Assembly: GCA_965228475.1 (NCBI GenBank)
Contig: OZ245817.1
Span: 2,240,001-2,304,000, forward strand
DNA from: Myxococcota bacterium
GTDB lineage: Bacteria; Myxococcota_A; UBA9160; JAFDDA01
Direction of reading: 5' to 3'
DNA length: 64,000 nt
How positions within the stretch are numbered: position 1 is the first letter of the stretch; each line of letters opens with the position of its first letter. Shown here piece after piece: positions 29,238 to 39,782 of this stretch. Below the pieces are notes generated by a model, which saw only the letters and a program-made list of their open reading frames with translations, did not search any database and was not told the DNA's origin. Made by a program: the position numbers and the translations under genes.

Positions 29238-29995
29238 AGCGCATGCGTCTCCGTGCCGGCACCAGCGGCTACAGCTACAAGGAGTGGAAGGGGCCCTTCT
29301 ATCCGGAGAAGCTCCCGGCGAAGGAGATGCTCGGCTACTACGCCGAGCGGCTGCCGGCCGTCGAGATCAACAACACCTTCTACCGCCTGCCGAAGACCTC
29401 GGTGCTCGAGACCTGGGCGGCCCAGGTTCCCGAGGACTTCCGCTTCGTCCTGAAGGCTTCGCGGCGCATCACCCACTTCAAGCGCCTCAAGGAGGCCGGC
29501 GACGAGACGGCGTACCTGCTCCGGACAGTCGCCGTCCTCGGCGACCGCCTCGGTGCGCTCCTCTTCCAGCTCCCGCCGAACCTCGCGTGCGACCTCGAAC
29601 GCTTCGATTCGTTCCTGACCTTGCTCCCGGAAGGCGGCCGCATCGCCTTCGAGTTCCGTCACCCGTCGTGGCTCGAGGAGCCCGGCGTGAGCGATCGTCT
29701 CCGGGATCATGGCGCGGCCCTCGTCGCGGTCGACGACGCCGAGGCGCCCCTCGAGGAGCTCGTCGAAACCGCGGACTGGGGCTACCTGCGCCTGCGCGGC
29801 GAGGGCTACGGCGCCGAGGAACTCGCGGCCTGGCAGACGCGCATCCGCGCCACGCGTTGGGGAGAGGCGTTCGTGTTCTTCAAGCACGAGGACGCCGGCG
29901 CCGGACCGAAGCTCGCTCGCGCCTTCCAGGCGCAGGCCGTACCCCGAAAGGCGGCGGCCGCGCGGCCAGCCGCGCGCAAGCGGGAGGCCGGCTGA
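29234..29995 (+). CDS. DUF72 (YecE-like) protein
   Basis: GTSGYSYKEWKGPFYP, VEINNTFY, LFQLPP, EFRHPSW, YLRL. ATGA overlap with ligD. Confidence 0.92.
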   Translation: MKRMRLRAGTSGYSYKEWKGPFYPEKLPAKEMLGYYAERLPAVEINNTFYRLPKTSVLETWAAQVPEDFRFVLKASRRITHFKRLKEAGDETAYLLRTVAVLGDRLGALLFQLPPNLACDLERFDSFLTLLPEGGRIAFEFRHPSWLEEPGVSDRLRDHGAALVAVDDAEAPLEELVETADWGYLRLRGEGYGAEELAAWQTRIRATRWGEAFVFFKHEDAGAGPKLARAFQAQAVPRKAAAARPAARKREAG

Positions 29996-30003
29996 TCCGG
30001 GAC

Positions 30004-30561
30004 ATGGCCCAGAACCCTGCGGCGCATTGGGTGTTCGGATACGGCTCCCTCGTCTTCCGCCCGGACTTCCCCCATGAGGAGGCCCGCGCTGCCCGTCTGC
30101 GGGGCTACGCGCGGCGCTTCTGGCAGGGCTCGACGGACCACCGCGGCGTCCCGGAAGCGCCGGGGCGGGTGGTCACGCTCTCGCCCGAGCCGGAGGCCGT
30201 GTGCCACGGCGTGGCCTTCCGCGTCGCGCCCGCGGCGTGGCCGGAGGTGGTCGCGAAGCTCGACCACCGCGAAAGCGGCGGCTACGAGCAGCGTGAGGTG
30301 GAACTCGAGCTCGTCGAGGCAGGGCCCGCGAGGATCTCGGCCCTCGTCTACTACGCGGCGCCGGGAAACCCGAACTACCTCGGCGACGCGCCGCTCGTCG
30401 AGATTGCCCGGCAGGTCCACGGGGCCCGCGGGCCGAGTGGCGCGAACCTCGAATACGTGCTGCGCCTGGCCGAGCATCTGCGGTCGCTCGGCGTGGCGTC
30501 GGATCCCGTCTTCGATCTGGAGAGGGCGCTGGCGGAACTCCCGCGGGCCCGGGGCGCCTAG
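30004..30561 (+). CDS. chaC: ChaC-family gamma-glutamylcyclotransferase
   Basis: WVFGYGSL, RRFWQGSTDHRG, PGRVVTL, LDHRE, GPSGANLEY. Confidence 0.92.
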   Translation: MAQNPAAHWVFGYGSLVFRPDFPHEEARAARLRGYARRFWQGSTDHRGVPEAPGRVVTLSPEPEAVCHGVAFRVAPAAWPEVVAKLDHRESGGYEQREVELELVEAGPARISALVYYAAPGNPNYLGDAPLVEIARQVHGARGPSGANLEYVLRLAEHLRSLGVASDPVFDLERALAELPRARGA

Positions 30562-31250
30562 GCGGTCGGCGGCGCGCTCGGTGCGGCCGGAGCGCCGGGC
30601 TCGTCGTCCTCGGGCGCGACGAGCCCCGCGGACATCACGAGCTTGAAGGCCTCTTCGACGGTCAGGTCGATGTCGTGGACCTCCTGCTCCGGGACGAGCA
30701 GGTAGAAGCCCGAGGTTGGGTTCGGCGTCGTCGGCACGAAGCAGTTGATCATCTTGTCGGGCGTGATGTCCTGGACGATGCCGCGGGCCTCACCGGTGGT
30801 GAAGGCCAGGGCCCAGAGGCCCTTGCGCGGGTACTCGATCAGGATCACCCGGTTGAAGCGCGAGCCGGTGTCGCTCTGGAAGATCGCCTCCATGAGCTGC
30901 CGCACGGCGCCGTAGATGCTGCCCGCGATCGGGATGTCGTCGATCAGGTTGGCCCAGCGCCGGGTGATCTCGAAGGGCACGAGGTGCCGTGCGATCACGC
31001 CGAGCAGCAGGATCACGACCAGCGTGAAGAGCACCCCGACGAGCGGCAGGTTCGGCGGGTCGGTGACGCCGAGCCAGCCGAGCACCGTCGGCAGGAACAT
31101 GCGGTCGAGGCGGCCGATGATCCAGAAGATCGCCCAGAGGGTGATCCCGATCGGCGCGAAGAACAGGATGCCGGCTACGAAGTAGCGGCGGAAGATGCCC
31201 CGCAAGGCGGCCATCCAGCGGGCGAGCCGCGTCTTGTCGGGCTCGGGCAC
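30558..31250 (-). CDS. DUF502 membrane protein
   Basis: YFVAGIL, IPIAGSIYG, IEYPRKG, FVPTTPNPTSGF, VEEAFKLVMSAG. AGGAG RBS. Confidence 0.92.
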   Translation of the reverse strand: MPEPDKTRLARWMAALRGIFRRYFVAGILFFAPIGITLWAIFWIIGRLDRMFLPTVLGWLGVTDPPNLPLVGVLFTLVVILLLGVIARHLVPFEITRRWANLIDDIPIAGSIYGAVRQLMEAIFQSDTGSRFNRVILIEYPRKGLWALAFTTGEARGIVQDITPDKMINCFVPTTPNPTSGFYLLVPEQEVHDIDLTVEEAFKLVMSAGLVAPEDDEPGAPAAPSAPPTA

Positions 31251-31261
31251 GAGCGGTGCTC

Positions 31262-31411
31262 CTAGAAGAGCGGGTCGTCGCCGTCGGGCGCGTAGGCCGT
31301 GATCTCGCAGTCGAGGCCGATCACCTCGAAGCGGGGCGGCTCGTAGGCCTGGGTCGCTTCCGGGTTGCTCGTGGTGGCCGAAGCCGCCGGGTCGCGGGGA
31401 TCGTTTCGCAT
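31262..31411 (-). CDS. PqqA-like precursor peptide (49 aa)
   Basis: Below the track cutoff. MRNDPRDPAASATTSNPEATQAYEPPRFEVIGLDCEITAYAPDGDDPLF*. Has an aromatic-x-x-P leader motif and an ExxxY core, with GC-rich third positions in the conserved half. Confidence 0.75.
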   Translation of the reverse strand: MRNDPRDPAASATTSNPEATQAYEPPRFEVIGLDCEITAYAPDGDDPLF

Positions 31412-31417
31412 GGGACG

Positions 31418-31426
31418 GTTATAGCA
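31418..31426 (-). promoter_or_regulatory. Extended -10 element TGcTATAAC, 6 nt before the peptide ATG (leaderless promoter)
   Basis: Minus strand reads gTGcTATAACcgtcccATG. No Shine-Dalgarno sequence. Confidence 0.6.
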
Positions 31427-31483
31427 CGGCACGGATGCGGGCCGCCCGGCTGCGGGTGCCAGCGGGAGGGTGCAGGGGTGGCG

Positions 31484-32623
31484 TCAGCGCGCGCCCATCG
31501 GCCGCATTCCGAGGCGCGCGTGCTCGATGGCTTCGAGGAGGCCCTGGCGCGTGATCGCGCCCACGATCATCGAGCCGTCCATGATGGGGATCTGGTTCGT
31601 GCGGTGCTGGGAGAAGAGGTGCAGGACGTCGACGGCGGCGAGGTCCGGAGAGGCGAGGATCACGCGGTCCATGGGGGTCGTGATCGAGCCGACCGGGGTC
31701 TGGGCCCAGCGCGAGCGCGGCACCGCGTCCAGGTCGGCGCGCGAGACCAGACCGACGGGCCGGCCATGGTCGAGCACCACCGCCCATCGCTCGCCGCGCA
31801 GGACGTGATCGTCGGCGAAGGCGGCCACGGTCAGGCTGCCTTCGACGGTGGGCACACGCGGCGTCATGAGGTCGCGCGCGACGATCCCGCGCAGCTCGAT
31901 CTCGAGCCCGGCCCGCCGCCGGTGGTCGATGGAGGCCGTCAGCACGAACCAGCCGATGAAGGCGAACCACAGGCCCTGCACCGGCGCTCGGAAGGCCACG
32001 ACCGCCCCGATCGCGATGAGGCCGTAGGCGATCCACTGGCCGACCCGGGCGGCGATGCCCGTCGCCTGGGAGGGGTCGCGCCCGTTGGCCCAGAGCAGGG
32101 CCCGCAGCACGCGGCCGCCGTCGAGCGGGTAGCCCGGCAGCAGGTTGAACAGGGCGACGCCGACGTTCAGGAGGGCCAGGGACTCGAAGGTCGACTCGCC
32201 GACCGATCCCGGCGGGAAGAGGAAGGTGAGCGCCGCGAACAGCGCGCCGATCGCGCCGCTCACCGCCGGGCCGGCGGCGGCGATCTGGAACTCCGAGCGG
32301 GGGGAGATCGCCGGGTTCTCCATCCACGCGACGCCGCCGAAGACGAACAGCACGATCGAGCGCACACGCACGCCGTGGCGCAGGGCCACGACGCTGTGAC
32401 CGATCTCGTGCATCAAGATGGAGCCGAAGACGAGCCCGGCGGTGATGGCGGAGAAGGCGCCGCGCCAGAAGATCGACAGCCCGGGCTGGGTCGCGGCCAG
32501 CTGGCTCCAGAGGCCGAAGACGACCAGCACGAAGACCACGAACCAGGTCGGATGCAGGTGGATCGGAATCCCGAGCACGCGCCCGATGCGAAGGCCCGGC
32601 TCGATGTCGGAGCGCCCGGCCAC
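31484..32623 (-). CDS. Site-2 protease (M50) with a CBS pair
   Basis: HEIGH, AAAGP, FNLLPGYPLDGG, then ARDLMT and two CBS repeats. GTG 32623. Confidence 0.93.
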   Translation of the reverse strand: MAGRSDIEPGLRIGRVLGIPIHLHPTWFVVFVLVVFGLWSQLAATQPGLSIFWRGAFSAITAGLVFGSILMHEIGHSVVALRHGVRVRSIVLFVFGGVAWMENPAISPRSEFQIAAAGPAVSGAIGALFAALTFLFPPGSVGESTFESLALLNVGVALFNLLPGYPLDGGRVLRALLWANGRDPSQATGIAARVGQWIAYGLIAIGAVVAFRAPVQGLWFAFIGWFVLTASIDHRRRAGLEIELRGIVARDLMTPRVPTVEGSLTVAAFADDHVLRGERWAVVLDHGRPVGLVSRADLDAVPRSRWAQTPVGSITTPMDRVILASPDLAAVDVLHLFSQHRTNQIPIMDGSMIVGAITRQGLLEAIEHARLGMRPMGAR

Positions 32624-32628
32624 GGGCG

Positions 32629-33678
32629 CTAGCGCAGCAAGACGTCGCAGGCGAACCGGATGCGGCGCACCAGGCGGCCGAGCGCGTTGTGGTGGATGTT
32701 CCGGCGCAGCCGGACGAGCAGGCGCCGTTCGAGCGCGTAGCGCGTGAGCTTCTTCTTGCGGGCGGGGCGCGGGTCGATGCCGTCGAGATCCGCAGCGAGG
32801 GCGGCGCGCGAGTAGCCCCAGGTCTCGAGGTCTTCGTCCGTGGCGCGCTCGAGCGCGGCGCGGGCGGCGGCGAGCTTCTCGGGGCTCTCGGCCAGGGCGC
32901 CGGTCCACTTGTCGAGGGAGTCCGTGGTCGGGCGGCCGGCCTGGGCGGCCTGGACCGGGTCGCCGAGCCCGCGCGCGGCCGCGGCCTGGCCCGCCTGGCC
33001 GTAATCGACGAGGGCCGGTTCGTAGGGCAGGCCGAGGTGGTCGGCGATCGCCCGCGCGTGCTTCTCGGGATCGGCGACGAGCGCCTCGTAGCGCACGTGC
33101 ACGAGCTCGACGGGCCGCTCGCGCAGGAAGCGCGCGATGGCCGGGACGTAGCGGTCGACGAGCGGGGCCTGCCGCTCGGCGGCCTCGTGGTCGCCGTCGA
33201 AGAAGGACTCGACCTGGGAGGACCACGCCGCGAGCGGATTGCGCGTGATCACGACGTAGTGCGCGTCTGGATAGAGCTTCGCGAGGAAGTCGAGCACGAG
33301 GGCGTAGGCCGGCGTCTTGTCGAGCAGGTGGGTCTTGCCGCTCGGGGCGAGGAGCTTCCCGTAGAGCATGTCCGTGTGCGCGCGCAGGGATTCGAGGTAG
33401 TCGGCCTCGCCGCCGGGCAGGCTCGCCACGAGCTCGCGCAGGCCGAGCTGGGTGATGATCGGATCGTAGGGTGCGGCGTCGACCTTCTCGAAGTAGCCGA
33501 GGTGGGCGAGGCCGGTCATCAGGTGGGCCTCGGCGGGAGCGTGGATCCGGCTGTGGGCGCCGAGCATCCGGGCGAGCATGGTCGTCCCCGAGCGCGGGGA
33601 GCCGATCAGGAAGATCAGCCGGCGCTGGTTCGCGGCCTCGCCGCCCTCGCTTTCATGGGACTGCGTCCGATCCTGCAA
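32629..33678 (-). CDS. PAPS-dependent sulfotransferase
   Basis: 5'PSB motif GSPRSGTTML, DKTP, 3'PB motif RNPLAAWSS, VRYEALV. Confidence 0.92.
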   Translation of the reverse strand: MQDRTQSHESEGGEAANQRRLIFLIGSPRSGTTMLARMLGAHSRIHAPAEAHLMTGLAHLGYFEKVDAAPYDPIITQLGLRELVASLPGGEADYLESLRAHTDMLYGKLLAPSGKTHLLDKTPAYALVLDFLAKLYPDAHYVVITRNPLAAWSSQVESFFDGDHEAAERQAPLVDRYVPAIARFLRERPVELVHVRYEALVADPEKHARAIADHLGLPYEPALVDYGQAGQAAAARGLGDPVQAAQAGRPTTDSLDKWTGALAESPEKLAAARAALERATDEDLETWGYSRAALAADLDGIDPRPARKKKLTRYALERRLLVRLRRNIHHNALGRLVRRIRFACDVLLR

Positions 33679-33688
33679 CGCCGAACTC

Positions 33689-35047
<1,359 letters not shown>

Positions 35048-35058
35048 GCGGATCTCCT

Positions 35059-35826
35059 CTAGTTCGTGGCCTCTTCCGGCTCGTGGCTGCGGAACGTGTT
35101 CCACAGGACGAAGACGCCGAGCAGGGTGACGCCGAGCGCCACGAACTGCCCCGGCGTCCAGCCGAAGTATCGCGCGTCGCCCGTACGGAGGGTGTCGAGC
35201 GCAAAGCGGACCGGGCCGTACAGCGTGAAGAAGAGCCCGAAGAACAGGCCCGTCGGCCGGGGTTTGCGATCCAGGGCGAAGAAGAGGATCGCGATCGGGA
35301 TCGTGTAGAGGAACTCGAGGAGGCCGAGGTCGAAGCGGCCGCCTTCGGGGAACTGGACGCCGAGCCAGTGGTCCGTGGGCCGGCCCATGTGGTCGTGGGC
35401 GAGCGCGCAGCCGGCGCGGCCGAAGAGCCAGGCGAAGGGGAAGGCGAAGGCGATGTTGTCTGCGAGCTTCCAGGCGTCCGCGCCGCTCCAGCCCTTCCGG
35501 CGCGTGATGAAGGCCAGGGCGAGCAGGCCGCCCATGATCCCGCCGAAGGACGACATGCTCCCCCAGATCCGGAAGAGCTCCATCGGATCCGCGAGCACGC
35601 GCTCGGGGTAGTAGGCGACGGCGTCGAAGACGTGGGAGCCGACGAAGCCCCAGAGGATCACCCAGGCCACGAGGCTCGCGACGGCTTCGGAGTCGAGCCC
35701 GATGCGCGGCGCGCGCCGGACCACGACCTCGTAGCCGGTGATCACCGCGGCGCAGACCATGACCTGGAAGAAGTAGAGGGTGTAGGTGCCGAAGGAGATC
35801 GACGGCTGCTCGATGTAGGGAAACAT
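35059..35826 (-). CDS. lgt: Prolipoprotein diacylglyceryl transferase family protein
   Basis: MSSFGG, GRAGC..AHDH.G, LGLLE, YGPVRFALDTLR, TPGQ. Confidence 0.85.
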   Translation of the reverse strand: MFPYIEQPSISFGTYTLYFFQVMVCAAVITGYEVVVRRAPRIGLDSEAVASLVAWVILWGFVGSHVFDAVAYYPERVLADPMELFRIWGSMSSFGGIMGGLLALAFITRRKGWSGADAWKLADNIAFAFPFAWLFGRAGCALAHDHMGRPTDHWLGVQFPEGGRFDLGLLEFLYTIPIAILFFALDRKPRPTGLFFGLFFTLYGPVRFALDTLRTGDARYFGWTPGQFVALGVTLLGVFVLWNTFRSHEPEEATN

Positions 35827-35921
35827 GCGGGCGGGAGACTATCCCAGCTGGTTCCCGCGCGGGGCAAGTCCCTGCGGAACCCGGGGTCTCCGGGGGCGCT
35901 GGCGGCGCGCCTGGCTCGCGA

Positions 35922-36725
35922 CTAGAGCGTGTCGCGGTGGCGGATCAAGACCTCGCGCGCGCGCCGCGCCTGGGCCGCGGAGACGGCCTGGGAAACGCGC
36001 TGGGCCAGCCAGGGCTTCGCGGAGCAGAGGTACTCGAAGGCCGAGCGGTCGATCTCGAGCAGGCGACAGTCCGTGGCCGCGATGGCGGTTTCGCTCGGCG
36101 CGAGCCCGGTGAGGAGCGGCGTGCCGCCGAACAGCCGGCCCGGTCCGAGGCGCTCGAAGCTCACGTTGCGGGCGCCCCGCACGCGCGCCTCGAGGACCAC
36201 TTCGCCTTCCGAGACGAGGAAGATCGACTCTTCGCCCGCGTCCATCACGTCCTCGCGGTGGATGGTCGCGCCGCGTTGGACGTCGCGATAGCGCGTCACC
36301 TGGGCCAGGCCCATGGCCTCCTCGATGTCGAGCGACGAGAGATCGGAGCGCGCGTGGAGGAAACGGCCGAGCTGCTTGGCGCCTTCGAGCACCTGATCCC
36401 AGAGGGCTTCGACGAGCGCTTCGGTCGGCCGGACGAAGGAGATGCCCGTCAGCACGACCATGTCGCCCGGGGTGCTGCGCTGCCAGCGGCCTTCGGCTTC
36501 GAGCTCGAGGGGCCGTCCGGGAAGGTTCAGGGTCACGCGGTGGATCGACTTGAACTCGAAGGGCGAGGCGGTCGCCACGCACATGCCGCCGATGCCGAGG
36601 TCCCGGGCGCGGCCCGGAAGCTGGCCCGAGATCCCGCCCGCGTGGATGTCCACGGGGAAGTCGGTCCCCACGCGGGGGTTCTGGCGGACCTCGATCGCGC
36701 TCCGGCGTCTCGCGGGCTTCTGCAT
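35922..36725 (-). CDS. PilZ plus cyclic-nucleotide-binding-like domain fusion (267 aa)
   Basis: RQNPR...DLGIGG...GISF (PilZ), then IFLVSEGEV...LGPGRLFG...AIAATDCRLLEIDR (cNMP fold). Confidence 0.85.
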   Translation of the reverse strand: MQKPARRRSAIEVRQNPRVGTDFPVDIHAGGISGQLPGRARDLGIGGMCVATASPFEFKSIHRVTLNLPGRPLELEAEGRWQRSTPGDMVVLTGISFVRPTEALVEALWDQVLEGAKQLGRFLHARSDLSSLDIEEAMGLAQVTRYRDVQRGATIHREDVMDAGEESIFLVSEGEVVLEARVRGARNVSFERLGPGRLFGGTPLLTGLAPSETAIAATDCRLLEIDRSAFEYLCSAKPWLAQRVSQAVSAAQARRAREVLIRHRDTL

Positions 36726-36732
36726 GACTGGT

Positions 36733-36760
36733 TCTTCGGCATCATGGGGCCCGGCCTGCA
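36733..36760 (-). promoter_or_regulatory. Sigma28-like promoter TGCA-N16-GCCGAAGA, 7 nt before the ATG
   Basis: Directly upstream of the PilZ gene. Good -10, weaker -35. Confidence 0.45.
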
Positions 36761-36863
36761 TCGGGCGATGGCCCCGGCGCGCGGTCGGGGGTTGCCGCGC
36801 CGCCGGGTGGGAAACCCCGAGAGGAGCGTCGGTGGATCGTCGGCACGGGGGGAGGGCGTTCGG

Positions 36864-37919
36864 TTGATCGGCGAGACGGAGGCGCGCGAGCTGGCCCTGG
36901 CGCTCGGCTTCGACCGGGCCGGCGTGGCGCCGCTCGGCCGGAGCGAGCGCGCCGCGTTCTTCACCCGTTGGCTCGAAAGCGGCCACGCGGGCGAGATGGA
37001 CTGGCTCGCCGAGCGGGCGGAGCTTCGCACGGATCCGGGCCGGCTCGTCCCGGAAGCGCGCAGCGCCCTCGTCGTCACCCTGGTGTACGACCCGGGCGAG
37101 CCGCTGGCGGCCGGCCCGGTCTCGAAGGCGCGCGTCGCTCGCTATGCGGGCGGCGAGGACTACCACGAACTGATGGAGGAGCGGCTCACGGCCCTCGGCG
37201 ATGCGCTCGAGGTGGCGGCGGGGCGGCGTCTCTTCCGGCGCGCCTACGTCGATACCGGCCCGGTCCTCGAACGCGAACTCGGTGCGCTCGCGGGTCTCGG
37301 CTGGGTGGGGAAGAACACCTGCCTGATCGACCCGCGCCTCGGGTCGTACTTCTTCCTCGGCGTGCTCTTCACGGACCTCCCCCTCGCGGCCGGAACGCCC
37401 GAGCCGGATCACTGCGGGAGCTGCCGTGCCTGCCTCGACGCGTGTCCGACCGATGCCTTCCGGGAGCCCTACGTGCTCGATGCCTCGCGCTGCATCTCCT
37501 ACACGACGATCGAGCACCGCGGCGCCGTGCCCGAGGCGCTCCGCGTGGGGCAGGGGGATTGGGTCTTCGGCTGCGACGTCTGCCAGGAGGTCTGTCCCTG
37601 GAACCAGCGCACGCGCCGGACGGTGCCCCCGGATGCCGCGGGCCTGCGCGACCGACTCGCGCCGCGCGCCGCCTGGCGATCGCCGACGCTGGCGTGGCTC
37701 CTCGATCTCGACGAGGCCTCGTTTCGCGCGGCGGCGAAGGGCACGGCGCTTCGCCGCGCGAAGTGGAAGGGGCTCGTGCGCAACGCGATCGTCGCGGCGG
37801 GGAACTCGGGCGACCGGGGGCTCGTGCCCGCGCTGCGCCGCCACGCCGAGGGCGGCGACGCGGGTCTTGCCGAGCACGCGCGCTGGGCCCTCGCGCAGCT
37901 CGAGGCGGCCGGCGCCTAG
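36864..37919 (+). CDS. queG: Epoxyqueuosine reductase
   Basis: ARYAGGEDYH, VDTGPVLER, GWVGKN, CGSCRACLDACP, CISY, FGCDVCQEVCPWN. Start is approximate. Confidence 0.95.
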   Translation: MIGETEARELALALGFDRAGVAPLGRSERAAFFTRWLESGHAGEMDWLAERAELRTDPGRLVPEARSALVVTLVYDPGEPLAAGPVSKARVARYAGGEDYHELMEERLTALGDALEVAAGRRLFRRAYVDTGPVLERELGALAGLGWVGKNTCLIDPRLGSYFFLGVLFTDLPLAAGTPEPDHCGSCRACLDACPTDAFREPYVLDASRCISYTTIEHRGAVPEALRVGQGDWVFGCDVCQEVCPWNQRTRRTVPPDAAGLRDRLAPRAAWRSPTLAWLLDLDEASFRAAAKGTALRRAKWKGLVRNAIVAAGNSGDRGLVPALRRHAEGGDAGLAEHARWALAQLEAAGA

Positions 37920-38422
37920 TTCGGGCGCCGCGCGACGAGTCGAGCCAGCGCTTCGGGGCGCGGCCCCTCGGTGCGAACCTCCTCGAAGTGCTCGATCTCA
38001 AGCATTGGAAACAGCAGGGGAAGTTCGCCTGGCTGGAGCAGGAACGCGTCGCGGCGGGGACCGTGACCGAGCTCGCGCTGAGCGACGGTGAAGGTTTCGT
38101 AGACCAGGCGGCCGCCGGGGCGCAGGAGCCCGGCGATCGCAGCGCACAGCGGGCGGTGGAGGTAGCGGAAGACGAGCACGGCCCCGAACGCTTCCGGGCG
38201 GAACGGGATGGCCGCTCCGCCCTCGAGATCGGCCCGGACGGCCGGGACGTCCGGAAGCGCGTCCCGGAGGGCCGAGAGTGACTCCAGATTGCGGTCGAGC
38301 CCGATCACCGGGAGGCCGGCTGCGGCGACGGCTCGCGCGTTCCGCCCGCGCCCGCAGGCCAGGTCGAGCACGGGCCCCTCGAGCGCATCGAGTCGTTCCC
38401 GGAGGAACCCGCTCGCCTCCAA
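37916..38422 (-). CDS. Class I SAM-dependent methyltransferase (TehB-like)
   Basis: VLDLACGRGRN, FRYLHRP, LRPGG..VYETF, FLLQPGEL. Confidence 0.88.
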   Translation of the reverse strand: MEASGFLRERLDALEGPVLDLACGRGRNARAVAAAGLPVIGLDRNLESLSALRDALPDVPAVRADLEGGAAIPFRPEAFGAVLVFRYLHRPLCAAIAGLLRPGGRLVYETFTVAQRELGHGPRRDAFLLQPGELPLLFPMLEIEHFEEVRTEGPRPEALARLVARRPN

Positions 38423-38425
38423 GCG

Positions 38426-39229
38426 TCAGCCCCGCTTGGCGATCGCGTCGACGACCCGGGCCGGGAAGTCGCTCATCACCGCGTCGACCCCGAGGTCGAG
38501 GAGGCGCTCGATCTCGGCCGGGTCGTTGATCGTCCAGACGTGGACGTGGACGTCGTGTGCGTGGGCGAAGGCGATGAGCTCGGGGGTGACGAGGGGGTGC
38601 GGGCCGAAGTGCGTGGGGATCTGGAGCGCCATCGGTTCGGGCGGCGGTGCGCCGCCTTCGGCCGCGGCCTTCACGAAGGCGATGCAGTCTCCGAGCGCGG
38701 CGCCCATGGCGGTCCGGATGCCCGTCCGGCGCAGGACGTCGCGCACCACGGCCATCACGTCGTCCTCGGCGGCGGCGAGCAGGGTCCGGTCCGCGCGCCC
38801 GCGGTCGGCGATGAGCCGTGCGACGCGTTCGACGAACTCGGCGCTGCCCGCCTTGACCTCGATGTTGAAGCGCGTCTCCGGGAACGCGTCGAAGGCCTCC
38901 TCGAGGGTCGGGATCCGGATGCCTTCGCCGCGGGCGGGGAAGGTCGCGCCGTCGTCCGGCGAGAAGCGGTGGCCGGCGTCGAGGCGGCGGAGCTCGTCGA
39001 GCGTCCGCGCGGCGATCGGTCCGGTCCCGTCCGTGGTTCGGTCGAGCGCCGCGTCGTGGAAGACGACGGCCGTGCCGTCGGCGCTCGGGTGGATGTCGGT
39101 CTCGAGGATCTGCGCACCCTGCTCGAGCGCGCGCTCGAAGGCGGGCAGCGTGTTCTCGGGCAGCTCGCCCGACGCGCCGCGGTGGCCGACGGGAATGGGC
39201 CGCGGAAGATCGAAGTAGGGGTGACGCAT
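38426..39229 (-). CDS. Glycerophosphodiester phosphodiesterase
   Basis: GHRG...PENT, ETD, VFHD..LDRTT, NIEVK, WTIND, SDFP. Confidence 0.94.
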   Translation of the reverse strand: MRHPYFDLPRPIPVGHRGASGELPENTLPAFERALEQGAQILETDIHPSADGTAVVFHDAALDRTTDGTGPIAARTLDELRRLDAGHRFSPDDGATFPARGEGIRIPTLEEAFDAFPETRFNIEVKAGSAEFVERVARLIADRGRADRTLLAAAEDDVMAVVRDVLRRTGIRTAMGAALGDCIAFVKAAAEGGAPPPEPMALQIPTHFGPHPLVTPELIAFAHAHDVHVHVWTINDPAEIERLLDLGVDAVMSDFPARVVDAIAKRG

Positions 39230-39269
39230 GGGCCTCCAGCTCTCGCGCGTACGTTACCATGCGCCGCCC

Positions 39270-39782
39270 ATGGCCATCCTGACCCGCGACGTGATCCTTC
39301 GCGAGATCGACGAAGGTCGCTTGAAGATCGACCCGCTCGAACGCGACCAGGTCGGTCCCGCTTCGATTGACCTGACCCTCGGTGACGAGATCCGCGTGAT
39401 CGAGGCCGGCGAGGATGCGATCGACATCGCCGAAGACACGGACTACCGCGACTTCACGCGCCGCAGCCGGCTCACCGAACCCTTCCAGCTCGACCCGGGC
39501 GTCACGATCCACGGCATCACGCGGGAGCACGTGACGCTGCCCGAAGACCTCGGCGGCTTCCTCGAAGGCCGCAGCCGCTACGCCCGGCTCGGGCTCATGA
39601 TCCACGTCACTTCGGCCTTCGTGCAGCCGGGCGTCTCGAACCGCCAGGTGCTCGAGATGAGCAACGTCGCGAGCCACCCCCTGGCGATCCACCCCGGGGT
39701 GCGGGTCTGCCAGCTCGTGCTGATGCGCACCGAAGGCCGGGCCGCCTACCGCGGCCGCTTCTGGGACCAGTCGGAGATCTAG
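39270..39782 (+). CDS. dcd: dCTP deaminase
   Basis: PASIDLTLG, TREHV.LP, EGRSRYARLG, VLEM, CQLV, YRGRF. Confidence 0.92.
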   Translation: MAILTRDVILREIDEGRLKIDPLERDQVGPASIDLTLGDEIRVIEAGEDAIDIAEDTDYRDFTRRSRLTEPFQLDPGVTIHGITREHVTLPEDLGGFLEGRSRYARLGLMIHVTSAFVQPGVSNRQVLEMSNVASHPLAIHPGVRVCQLVLMRTEGRAAYRGRFWDQSEI

